A stretch of 64,000 nucleotides of DNA. It comes from a virus. Taxonomy: Duplodnaviria; Caudoviricetes. A model generated the notes under the pieces. The model was given only the letters and a program-made list of their open reading frames with translations, was not told the origin of the DNA and did not search any database. Shown here in pieces: positions 55,679 to 64,000 of the stretch (the stretch's first letter is position 1; every line of letters starts with the position of its first letter). The stretch covers positions 49,447 through 113,446 of the IMG/VR virus record IMGVR_UViG_3300020037_005233, one strand, 5' to 3'. The position numbers were made by a program, and so were the translations under genes.

Positions 55679-56524
55679 GTGATGGCCTATCAAAAAGGAT
55701 ACGTCGTATCCATTATCCCAACCAAAACTAATAAACCTGTACGCGAACACTCGGAGAACGGTGAGCGCGTGTGTAAGCTTGAGTTTGATTCTGAGTACAA
55801 GATCAGGCTTAAGAATACCACAGGTGCGCCCGCGCTTGCGTCGATCATTATTGATGGCACCCCTATCAGTACTGCGGGTGATTTTATTATCAATCACGGT
55901 GACACTGTTGATGTAGAGCGTTTTGTTGATAGTTTGAGTGTAGGCAAAAAGTTTAAGTTTGTACGCAAAGACCATGCAGAGATTCAAGATCCTACAGTAA
56001 GCGAGCTTGGCTTGGTTGAGGTTATGTTTACTCCAGCAAGATATAAGTATGGTCTGAGCTGGGACGTGCTTGGAACACTTAATAATCCAGGTACTTTGAA
56101 GAGGCCACACTATACAATAGGACCGACGATGTGGTCTTCTGGCGACGCTGCATATACTAACAACATGACGCATAGAAGTGACGTGATCAGCACTGACTAT
56201 ATAGGGGTCATCGAGGGATGCAATACCAGCGTTGGTGGCACGGTTGGTGGTTCAGAGTCAGCCCAGAAATTCACCACAACCTCAAACTACGAGGCTAACG
56301 GCACCACAGAGACTATTAAGATAAGGCTGCGTGGGTCAGAGGTTAGCACTAAGCCAGAGGTTAAAGCTAAGCCTGCACCTTCTTTTAAAGATAACTATGT
56401 AGTTCTCGTGTGTGGCGTGGAAGTGCCGTGCACAAAAGAAGTTAAGATTAACGACACCAAACTAGAGATGCATATTATAGTCCCTATAGGAGACATGCTC
56501 ACATTAACAGGCGTAGGGCGGTAG
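55679..56524 (+). CDS. Conserved hypothetical protein
   Basis: EYKIRLKN....A...I.IDG...VERF....KFKF pattern; AAGGAG RBS. Confidence 0.65.
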   Translation: MMAYQKGYVVSIIPTKTNKPVREHSENGERVCKLEFDSEYKIRLKNTTGAPALASIIIDGTPISTAGDFIINHGDTVDVERFVDSLSVGKKFKFVRKDHAEIQDPTVSELGLVEVMFTPARYKYGLSWDVLGTLNNPGTLKRPHYTIGPTMWSSGDAAYTNNMTHRSDVISTDYIGVIEGCNTSVGGTVGGSESAQKFTTTSNYEANGTTETIKIRLRGSEVSTKPEVKAKPAPSFKDNYVVLVCGVEVPCTKEVKINDTKLEMHIIVPIGDMLTLTGVGR

Positions 56525-56536
56525 ACTAGGATAGCT

Positions 56537-56573
56537 AAAAGAAACGGGGATGTTGAAGTCCCCGTTTCTATTT
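56537..56573. terminator. Bidirectional terminator between convergent genes
   Basis: AGAAACGGGGA/TCCCCGTTTCT stem flanked by A- and T-rich runs. Confidence 0.8.
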
Positions 56574-57345
56574 ACTGCACCGTATCTGTGTTGTGTGTAA
56601 ACACTGAGTTCAAGCGGTCTAGTCGCTGGAGCCTACCAGACTCCTGCCCACGGAATTGGTGGGTGATGGAGTAGGTGAATGCGTTGTACAAGGCCCACAT
56701 GGTTGTGGAGCTGTCGTACTCTGCTTGGTTTACGACCATAGACTTCTTGCTCACCACTTGCAGGGACATTGCTTGCTCGATGATGAAGGACCGCTTTCTA
56801 GGGGATATCTCATCCTCAGACATACGTTGCCAAGACCTGCCGGCCGCGTTGAAGGCATCAAACACTAGGTCAGGCTCTGGGAGGACAATGTCTTCTAGTC
56901 CTGTGGTGTGTCTGAACCTGAGATCGAACTCACCCCTAGGGGCCGTCATCCCGTTTAAGCACCTGAGCACCATTGCGCCGATCTTGTAGGTTAGTGATGT
57001 AGCCCTATCATAGCTATTAATCACGGTAATACGAAGAGCTACGGTGTCATTCACTTTAGGCACGGTGATGAGCTGGTTCTTGAATGTGTAGGTAGCAAGT
57101 AGTCTTGCTCCGTCTTTCTCAAGATTGTACACGGGCTTAACATCACCAAACCGTGACATGAACCCTTGTGTGACATGGAGTGCATCGGCATGGGTGATGA
57201 GCTTATACTGATCTGACACAACACTGATAGGGGCTGCGGTGTCGGCTCTTACTACAGCACGAACTCTAGGAGCTTCTACACCTCCTGCGGTATATATTTT
57301 TTCTAACCTAACTGGAAAATCGTAGTTTGTTTCTTGGCTTCTCAT
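56572..57345 (-). CDS. DUF932-family protein
   Basis: AVVR.DT...I.VVSD.YK...H, NSYD...S, LRCLNGM, RHT, TMWALYNAFT...TH. Confidence 0.8.
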   Translation of the reverse strand: MRSQETNYDFPVRLEKIYTAGGVEAPRVRAVVRADTAAPISVVSDQYKLITHADALHVTQGFMSRFGDVKPVYNLEKDGARLLATYTFKNQLITVPKVNDTVALRITVINSYDRATSLTYKIGAMVLRCLNGMTAPRGEFDLRFRHTTGLEDIVLPEPDLVFDAFNAAGRSWQRMSEDEISPRKRSFIIEQAMSLQVVSKKSMVVNQAEYDSSTTMWALYNAFTYSITHQFRGQESGRLQRLDRLNSVFTHNTDTVQ

Positions 57346-57622
57346 TTTGTCTCCTTCTTTGTTTCATTTCTATTATCAATACACAGGTGAGTTTAGCAGC
57401 TCTATGAGTTCTTTATCCGCGATGATTGCTAGGGGTTCTGTGATGTACCCTCCCTGATCGTCTTGGAATGCAGAGCACAGTGCCGTAACAGGTGATCCAC
57501 TATCCTTGTATGTGGTGGTCATGATGCACACGTTATTATTTTTAAAAGCATCTTGAAGGCGTGTGAAAACATCTTTATGGTGTTCTGTAATCATTATAGT
57601 TCCTTTGTGTAGTTGTGATGTT

Positions 57623-57659
57623 AAAGAACAGAGCAGGTGCCACACAGACACCTGCTCTG
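57623..57659 (-). terminator. Rho-independent terminator
   Basis: CAGAGCAGGTG/CACCTGCTCTG stem followed by TTCTTT on the minus strand. Confidence 0.65.
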
Positions 57660-57665
57660 GTAAAA

Positions 57666-57893
57666 CTAGGCGGTCACGGGACGTAACTGAATGGGCACTG
57701 CTGGTTCAGGTAAGAAACCGATGGCGTATTCCCTGTCATTGAAGCCAACCATCAACCATGGCCCGGGCTGAGTCCCGTACATGATATAGAGTTGGAACGC
57801 GTGTTGGTTTTGAATCACACGTTCAATGACCTGGAAGGTCGGGGGAGATGTACTACTTTGGTACTGCACTTCTTCGTTGCTTGTATTAGACAT
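57666..57893 (-). CDS. Hypothetical protein
   Basis: GGAGG RBS; downstream of a promoter motif copy. Confidence 0.5.
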   Translation of the reverse strand: MSNTSNEEVQYQSSTSPPTFQVIERVIQNQHAFQLYIMYGTQPGPWLMVGFNDREYAIGFLPEPAVPIQLRPVTA

Positions 57894-57912
57894 TATGTCG
57901 TCCTCCATTAAG

Positions 57913-57939
57913 CTTATAACAGAAGATGTTAAGTTTTCG
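57913..57939 (-). promoter_or_regulatory. Phage promoter motif copy
   Basis: CGAAAA-N13-GTTATAAG upstream of GGAGG RBS. Confidence 0.55.
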
Positions 57940-57959
57940 ACACAACTGGACTTGGTGCG

Positions 57960-58190
57960 TTATTTACTGTGTGGCTTGCCTGGGTTACTGGGGAATTGTT
58001 TGTGAAGACCAAACTTATTAATCCAGTTTCGCATAGTCCTGACGCTGATACCCATGTATAGGGCCGCGGCGGTACGGCAGCCTTTACAAGCAGCTAGTGC
58101 CTGAATAGCCATCTTTTTGTGTGTTTCGTTTAGTAACGTTTTCTTAGGAGCCATGGTGTTATAGTTAATAGGTAATTCCTGCCGCGTCAA
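57960..58190 (-). CDS. Fis-type HTH protein
   Basis: AL....G.RT.AA..MGISVRT.RNWI..FGL. Confidence 0.7.
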   Translation of the reverse strand: MTRQELPINYNTMAPKKTLLNETHKKMAIQALAACKGCRTAAALYMGISVRTMRNWINKFGLHKQFPSNPGKPHSK

Positions 58191-60162
58191 TGGAAACCTG
58201 ACTCCAGTGCTTGGTAGGGGGTTGTAAAGGTTCTAGTACATGAGGGTGAAATAGGTTTCTTCGCTTAGCCATAAACTCTGGGATCTTTCCATCTAGCATC
58301 ACCGTGACGCAGTAATCGTCTGCGTTTCGCTGACTACGTCCTAGAGCCTGCTCTAGTTGGATCACGGTTTCGTTGTGGTACCACAGCCTGTTTCTGGCAG
58401 CTTTCGCGGCAATCACGGGGTCTCCAAAATAAGGGAACGGGCACTTGGTGAAGATCTGTACTCTGGATAAGTCGTTCTTAAAATCGTAACCTTCTCTGAT
58501 TGCAGGAGACATGAGGAATGTGCCGTCCTTACTGGTCATGTGTTTTTTAACCGCGAGCTCATTCTCACCCCTACGAGCTAATATAATGCGTGGCTCTCCC
58601 ATGAGGTTATGAGTCATCTCCTCGATCATGTCATAGCCCGAGGCAAAGATGATTCCCTTAGTGCCTTTGAAGTGCCTCACTATCTTTATGATTTGGTCTG
58701 CTAGGTCTCTGTAGACTACTTTTTTATCAACAGTTTTGAAGTAGTCTTGGGACAGACTGTGCTTGGTGTCACAGAAGATAGGTCTGTTCTTGGCAGAGAA
58801 CAGGCTTGGTGCTCTGATGACTTTTGTCTTGTTAAAGGGGATTCGAACCTCTTGGCAGAAGATCTCAGCACTTGGGATAGTGGCAGACATGAATAGGTTG
58901 TAGTCGCCGTAGATGTTTTGTAGCTGCTTTGGTAGCATCACAGGAGCAATCCTAAGTGTGAACACAGTTCTGAGCCTGTGGGGATCTTTCTTACCGTCCA
59001 TAGCCAGGACGTAGTCACCTTGAGGGGATTTGCGGTAGTTATCAATCACGTTCATCAGTCTTACATGCCTTTGTAAATCCTTGCCCACGTCCCCCTCTAG
59101 TTCGGAACAAAAAGCTTTGAAAGCCTCTAGGCTTGAGAACCCGTAGGATTTCATCTTACGCTCGATAGCGGCGTTATTCCTTGACTCGGAGTAGTCTAGG
59201 ATTTTCTCTAGCACCTTTACATCCCAAGTGTACTTAAGCGGGCTTTGCTGTAGCTTTTTTCTTTCATCGTCAGCCAGGAAGCTTTCAAATGGAGGCACAT
59301 CTACTTTGAAGGTGTCATGTAACCACTTCTCCGTAAGCCTGATTTCAAACAGATCACGTGCTTGTGATTCGATGTTGTGGCACTCATCAAATACATTTAG
59401 TGTCCGGGGCTTCATGATCGGGATCTTCTCGCACCATGTATTCCAGACTAAGTACCCTTTGAGGTTGAACACGCAAAGCCTATTAAACTCAGCCTCTTCT
59501 CTTGCGGTGTAATAGGAGCAGGTGCCATAGTCCCTACAGAATTTGATCTGTTTCAGACCGGTGTATTTATCCTTTGCCACGGCTTCTGACACCTCATCAT
59601 AACCATCGGGGAAATTTTTAGAATAGTCGGCCGCGTTTGCCGTAACCTTTTTATCCTGCTCGGGGTGGTCCGTTACATGCTTATTTTTTCTGATTACTTT
59701 CTCTTCGAGCATGGGCTGCTTTAGCATATTGCCCAAGATATTTAGGCAAGGAGCTTCGTCTGTTTTGTAAGCCTCTCCGTCTGGTTTGCAGTAGAGCTGG
59801 CATTTGTAATTTGCCCTGCCTTTGAAAACGCGGAGCTGAGTCATTGATCTAAAGTCTTCAATAGCCTGCGTTTGTAGGAGTCTTGTGGGTGGGATGTAGT
59901 AGGCTTTGGCAAGTTGGTTATTGAACACGCTTACAACCGCCATGCCGATGATGCTCTTACCTGTTCCGGTTGGAGCATCGATCATCACATTCCTGTAACC
60001 GTTGCAGAACGCATCGATTATCTCTCTGATTAGGAATAGCTGGTCCTTGCGTGGAGTGAAAGGTAGCGCAAGCCCTGCCGCGATCTCATGGTCTATGTGG
60101 TGGTAGGCCTGAGCTTTGTCTAATTTAAACAGCGGTGCATAATCAAACTTGTCCATTTCCAT
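58165..60162 (-). CDS. DinG/Rad3-like SF2 helicase
   Basis: Q motif R..Q, APTGTGKS, KGRANY.C with FeS-type cysteines, DECH, MSAT, EGYDF, QALGRSQR. Confidence 0.88.
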   Translation of the reverse strand: MEMDKFDYAPLFKLDKAQAYHHIDHEIAAGLALPFTPRKDQLFLIREIIDAFCNGYRNVMIDAPTGTGKSIIGMAVVSVFNNQLAKAYYIPPTRLLQTQAIEDFRSMTQLRVFKGRANYKCQLYCKPDGEAYKTDEAPCLNILGNMLKQPMLEEKVIRKNKHVTDHPEQDKKVTANAADYSKNFPDGYDEVSEAVAKDKYTGLKQIKFCRDYGTCSYYTAREEAEFNRLCVFNLKGYLVWNTWCEKIPIMKPRTLNVFDECHNIESQARDLFEIRLTEKWLHDTFKVDVPPFESFLADDERKKLQQSPLKYTWDVKVLEKILDYSESRNNAAIERKMKSYGFSSLEAFKAFCSELEGDVGKDLQRHVRLMNVIDNYRKSPQGDYVLAMDGKKDPHRLRTVFTLRIAPVMLPKQLQNIYGDYNLFMSATIPSAEIFCQEVRIPFNKTKVIRAPSLFSAKNRPIFCDTKHSLSQDYFKTVDKKVVYRDLADQIIKIVRHFKGTKGIIFASGYDMIEEMTHNLMGEPRIILARRGENELAVKKHMTSKDGTFLMSPAIREGYDFKNDLSRVQIFTKCPFPYFGDPVIAAKAARNRLWYHNETVIQLEQALGRSQRNADDYCVTVMLDGKIPEFMAKRRNLFHPHVLEPLQPPTKHWSQVSIDAAGITY

Positions 60163-60175
60163 GTAGTAGGCATAC

Positions 60176-60192
60176 TAGGAAAATGTTGCCTA
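60176..60192. promoter_or_regulatory. Operator palindrome upstream of the helicase gene
   Basis: TAGGAA-AATGT-TGCCTA extended by TAC/GTA flanks. Confidence 0.55.
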
Positions 60193-60275
60193 GTAAAGGA
60201 TTTAAACACAAAGGGCCCAGAAACAAAGTCTCTGAGCCCCTACATGGAAGTGTGACTAGCCTTTACAGCTCGTGA

Positions 60276-60488
60276 TTAGAACGTTACCACAGTCTTAGTC
60301 TGAAGCTCAATAGTCTTCGCGACGTGGTAAACCTTTTGAATATTGTCTACACCAAGGGAACTAACTAATTCCCTGCAAGCAGGCTTTCCATAAACTTCTT
60401 GCACAACAGTACCAGTAGGACTGGAATAAACTACTGCGAAAAGTGAACCCTTTGCTTCTGCGTTATCGACTGCGTTTTGCTCGCTCAT
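60276..60488 (-). CDS. Hypothetical protein
   Basis: AGGAG RBS; hairpins on both sides. Confidence 0.55.
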   Translation of the reverse strand: MSEQNAVDNAEAKGSLFAVVYSSPTGTVVQEVYGKPACRELVSSLGVDNIQKVYHVAKTIELQTKTVVTF

Positions 60489-60522
60489 TTGAATATATCT
60501 CCTAGTGTATTAATGAATAGAT

Positions 60523-60562
60523 AAAAAACATTTGTAGAGCAACCAAGCCCTACAAATGTTTT
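60523..60562 (-). terminator. Rho-independent terminator after the primase gene
   Basis: AAAACATTTGTAG/CTACAAATGTTTT stem with T-run on the minus strand. Confidence 0.7.
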
Positions 60563-63500
60563 ATACGGCATTTTTTTCCTGTTTGGAAGGTATTTCTGTA
60601 TCCTCTGGAATAGATCTAAAAGCCTCTAATTTAATAGGCCAGGCCACTACCTGTGTCTGACCTACAATACCAGTGATCCTCCTAGTATACCTTCCCCTGT
60701 CGGCGGAACCACTCATGATATACCCGTCATCAGTGAGCTGCCTGCTTACTTGATTGTAAGCTTGTAGGTACGCGTTAGCTTTCCTTACCTGGTTGCTTAC
60801 TTCAGCATAAGCAGTCTTGCTGAAGATCCACACCACATCAGGAGTCTCTGGTCTGTACACACCAACAGCTATACTGTTTCTGAGCCCGTCATTAAACGAG
60901 CTCATGTTGTTGAGCCCATGGATATGGTATTTAGACGGGTTCTGTAGAAGCGAGTTTAACTCTGCGACGAAGTTAACTGAACCTCTGACATCAGTAGAAC
61001 GATCAATAATAGACCGTCTCACGTGCTCGAGGTTCTTATAGTGTTCTACGCAAAGCTGATCTTTCATAAGATCTGGGATCGCTCCCTTAGCCACCATCAT
61101 CTCCATCACAAGCCTAAACGCTACCATGTTAAGAGCAAGGTTCTCACAAACTCTGTGAGCGTTAATAGCCTTACCAACCTCTAACAAAGGCTTGGCAAAA
61201 CTATCTCTGTACTCACCCCACATCCTAGACACCTCACTATTATCCAGATTATACAAAAACTGGATAAAGTGTGGCGTGAATCCACGGTATAGCTGTCTGT
61301 TTGCAATCACCCTAGACCCCGCACTAATGTTAGGATTAAGCTTGGTCTCTACAATGAGCATTCGTGTAATCGTGCTTGCTTCTTGATCAGGGAAATCCTC
61401 ACCTGTTACAGCAATTAATCCCCTCACCCTATCTAGCTGAGCACGCATTACCCCTGTTCGTTGTAGCACTGGTCTTGCACTACGGTCATAGGCCATCTGC
61501 ACAAACTGACTGAAATCCCTACCAGTAGGGTCTTGTAGTGCTTGTTTGTAGTCATCGACAACCATGAACGCATGCCTGAAGTTAGACGCTGCGTTTAACC
61601 TACTCTTAGAACTACCTGCGGCACCTTGTAAAATATCAAAGTTACCGTAGAAGAACTGAGCAGACTCCGCGACAAACGTTTTACCCCCACTCTGATTCCC
61701 TGAGATCCACAACACCGGGCTTTTCTTAAAGCTAGGTATCTTGGTAGTCAGGGGAGCAGCCATAGCTTGTGCAAACACAGACATAGTGATCATTCTGTTG
61801 TTACAGTTGAAGTAATCATTGATGATGTGCGAGCACAAATTCTTTAGCTCGTCATCAGAGATGATTCTGAAATCCAGGCCTTTGCAAAGGTCATCCTCGA
61901 ACTCGATGATGTACTCTGAGTTGGGCCTGATAGACTCCTTATCCACTATAACAGAAGGCATCATGTAGATCGTGCTTCCACCGATGTTGTGGTGTCCTAT
62001 GGCACGGCTTACCTTACGCTCAACCTTAGACTCGCGGTTAAACATAGATACGCACAGACGTAGATCTTCTAAGTTGGAGCGCCTGACAATCAGGTCTGTC
62101 CCACCTATCTTAATCAACGTCTCATACCACTTATCCACACCACCCGACCAAGTGCTGATAGGCTCTTGAAAGGTATGCTTTTTACCTTCGACAACAAGTG
62201 CGCCAGATACCCAGCGATCTTGCACTGTCTGGGATAAGTTCATATCCTCTTCCTCAGCCCTTAGTCTGAACAGAGATCTTTCCTCGTACAGCTCTATGAT
62301 GAAGTTACTCAACTCTTCTTCCTTCACCACTCCTTTGGCGTCTGTTTTCATGATCAAGTATCTTCCGTTGTCCATGAAGTACTCGACGCTGTTATGCCTG
62401 AAGGATTTGCACTGCTTTCTCTTGTCCGCTACCACCTCATTTTGAATCTCCTTGGTCACTTGCTTTTCAATGGTGCTAAGGTCTTTAGCCTTCATCCATT
62501 TATTAGCTTTGATGACTTCGTGGATTCTTTGCTGGTCTGGTTTTGGTAAGGATTTTACCCTTCTCAGTAGAGATGCAAGGCGCTCCTCTAAATTATCTGG
62601 AACGTAGTCTGCGCTGACTACTGGCTGTCCAGCCTCATTCAGAGTTACCTTTGCCTCAGGCTCCTTGTTCTTTGTCGCAAACAACACTCCCATACGCTCG
62701 ATGACGTCATCAGCGGTTAGGTGCTTATCTGTGGCATAACGAATCGGAGATGGTTCTTTCCACTGAGCCTCTGGCAGGTTGTTAGGATTCACCATATCCT
62801 GCCCGTTGATTCTCTCTACAGGAGGCATCTTCTTCATGCAGTGATCAAGGTGTCTTGGGTGCTTACCGGCATGGCACACACCCATTTCTTGTAACCACCT
62901 ACATGTTGGAGGCTTGTACCCCTTTTGGAGTGCGTGATCTACGTTGTAGTTTGTATTTGCAGACGGCCACCTGTTCTTGATGTAATCAAGACCGTCGGTA
63001 GTAGATGCAGCTACAAACAAAGACGCAAGCCTAGCGTTATGGAATAAGCCTTTTGGATTAGACTTATCCCATATATAAGCCCCACTAGAGTCCTTGGTCC
63101 AGTACTCACGCATGGCTGGGCAACCTTCTATAACCCCCTGGAAACTACCAAAAGGCTTTAGTGGGGTAGCCACACCACCGTTGTTTTCGGATTGCTGAGC
63201 CTCTTGAGTACTACGAGATGCCGGAGCCTTAAGAATAGGGACTTTGTTTTCTTCCAAGATCGCTCTGAACTTAACCGTGTCTACTTCATCTAGTGCGGCG
63301 AAGTACTTCCACTGTTGGTCCATAGGGACTGGTTTAGCATTGTCGTCTACCCAGCAGTTCCAACCCTCACGCATCTTAGGTTCGATCATTGGTATTTTAA
63401 TACCATTTCCTATAGCTTTGCTGTTGAACTGTGTTTGCTTCGGAAAAACCTCTGGAACACGATTCATGACTACACCATTTACGGTGTCCATTCTTTCGTA

Positions 63501-63998
63501 GAACCCTAGGGAGTCAAACAGGTGCCTGACAAAGCTAGTGAACAGATGTGGTTCCACGAACTCGTTAAAAAACCAGTATACGTGGTACCCCTTTTTACTG
63601 CTTCTAGCGATGTAGCATGGTATGCCCATGCTGACACTCAGGTTTCTTACATTCTTAGCATCATCAAATACCTGCCCAGTATCAAAATCAGCCGCACCAA
63701 ACTTAATCCCCTCTTGCCTAAGCATGAACAGGACTAGCTCTTTTTCTCCGCTAATGTGTTTCCACACCCACTCATCCGTAAGTGGCTGGTTAACTTTATT
63801 AGCACAAGGCGAGCTGCAATTCCCCTTACGCTGAGTTATAAGGCATAGATCTTTGTTACCAAAGTTCTGGCACTGCAACTGAAACGTATTGACCTCCTCA
63901 ATACGCGGTTCCTGTGTGGCCTCATCTATTATTTGTCTTGTGTATGAAACTCTGACTGTGAAGGCGTCTTCTCTAGCGGCAAACCGCTTACGAAATAG
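60561..63998 (-). CDS. AEP primase (TOTE-like) with PriL-like Cys domain and C-terminal P-loop helicase; 5'-partial
   Basis: Frame is open to the window end (LFRKRFAAREDAF...); DFD, RSS..GYHVY, EVFPKQ, GNGIKIP; CPA...PPTC.......C; GNQSGGKT and VVDD. Confidence 0.85.
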   Translation of the reverse strand, partial: LFRKRFAAREDAFTVRVSYTRQIIDEATQEPRIEEVNTFQLQCQNFGNKDLCLITQRKGNCSSPCANKVNQPLTDEWVWKHISGEKELVLFMLRQEGIKFGAADFDTGQVFDDAKNVRNLSVSMGIPCYIARSSKKGYHVYWFFNEFVEPHLFTSFVRHLFDSLGFYERMDTVNGVVMNRVPEVFPKQTQFNSKAIGNGIKIPMIEPKMREGWNCWVDDNAKPVPMDQQWKYFAALDEVDTVKFRAILEENKVPILKAPASRSTQEAQQSENNGGVATPLKPFGSFQGVIEGCPAMREYWTKDSSGAYIWDKSNPKGLFHNARLASLFVAASTTDGLDYIKNRWPSANTNYNVDHALQKGYKPPTCRWLQEMGVCHAGKHPRHLDHCMKKMPPVERINGQDMVNPNNLPEAQWKEPSPIRYATDKHLTADDVIERMGVLFATKNKEPEAKVTLNEAGQPVVSADYVPDNLEERLASLLRRVKSLPKPDQQRIHEVIKANKWMKAKDLSTIEKQVTKEIQNEVVADKRKQCKSFRHNSVEYFMDNGRYLIMKTDAKGVVKEEELSNFIIELYEERSLFRLRAEEEDMNLSQTVQDRWVSGALVVEGKKHTFQEPISTWSGGVDKWYETLIKIGGTDLIVRRSNLEDLRLCVSMFNRESKVERKVSRAIGHHNIGGSTIYMMPSVIVDKESIRPNSEYIIEFEDDLCKGLDFRIISDDELKNLCSHIINDYFNCNNRMITMSVFAQAMAAPLTTKIPSFKKSPVLWISGNQSGGKTFVAESAQFFYGNFDILQGAAGSSKSRLNAASNFRHAFMVVDDYKQALQDPTGRDFSQFVQMAYDRSARPVLQRTGVMRAQLDRVRGLIAVTGEDFPDQEASTITRMLIVETKLNPNISAGSRVIANRQLYRGFTPHFIQFLYNLDNSEVSRMWGEYRDSFAKPLLEVGKAINAHRVCENLALNMVAFRLVMEMMVAKGAIPDLMKDQLCVEHYKNLEHVRRSIIDRSTDVRGSVNFVAELNSLLQNPSKYHIHGLNNMSSFNDGLRNSIAVGVYRPETPDVVWIFSKTAYAEVSNQVRKANAYLQAYNQVSRQLTDDGYIMSGSADRGRYTRRITGIVGQTQVVAWPIKLEAFRSIPEDTEIPSKQEKNAV

Positions 63999-64000
63999 AG

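Noticed and set aside
1-64000. Genome-wide genetic code 15 (all TAG read as Gln)
   Set aside because: Coding density is high under code 11, long genes are unbroken, and many TAG codons sit at clear gene ends before terminators, promoters or the next RBS (15870, 18731, 56524, 57666).
1-64000. CRISPR array or Cas12-type system around TnpB
   Set aside because: No regularly spaced direct repeats with unique spacers were seen near tnpB or elsewhere by eye.
1-64000. Diversity-generating retroelement, retron or integrase
   Set aside because: No reverse transcriptase (YxDD) or recombinase motifs and no template/variable repeat pair were seen in this window.

Overview
This window is a 64-kb segment of a large tailed dsDNA phage with a contractile tail, probably infecting a diderm bacterium (CsrA homologue, Fis-type HTH proteins, an outer-membrane beta-signal protein). 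Positions 1-12069 (+) hold the virion module: capsid and decoration proteins, neck, tail sheath and tube, a SNF2 ATPase, and several proteins sharing an F-x-K-x-A motif. Positions 12070-23888 (-) hold recombination and nucleic-acid genes with an opposite-strand solo TnpB. tRNA-Asn follows, then about 26 kb of small accessory ORFs (-), including Tad1-like, CsrA-like, MazG-like, YhaM-like, CHAP and SbcC-like genes. A repeat-rich non-coding region lies at about 49950-51160. Next come a glycosylation cluster (two GT-B enzymes, a short beta-strand outer-membrane-type protein, a cellulose-synthase-like GT2), a DUF932 protein, a DinG-like helicase and a 5'-truncated AEP primase-helicase. The most notable signals are: in-frame amber codons inside two otherwise intact conserved genes (SSB, MazG-like); a duplicated structured-RNA module; a shared putative processing motif in virion-module proteins; two apparent pseudoenzymes (Apyc1-like MBL, TnpB lacking the RuvC-II Glu); the GT2 plus half-barrel pair; and phage-specific promoter and operator motifs. 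All functional calls come from motif recognition by eye; no database searches or folding programs were run.
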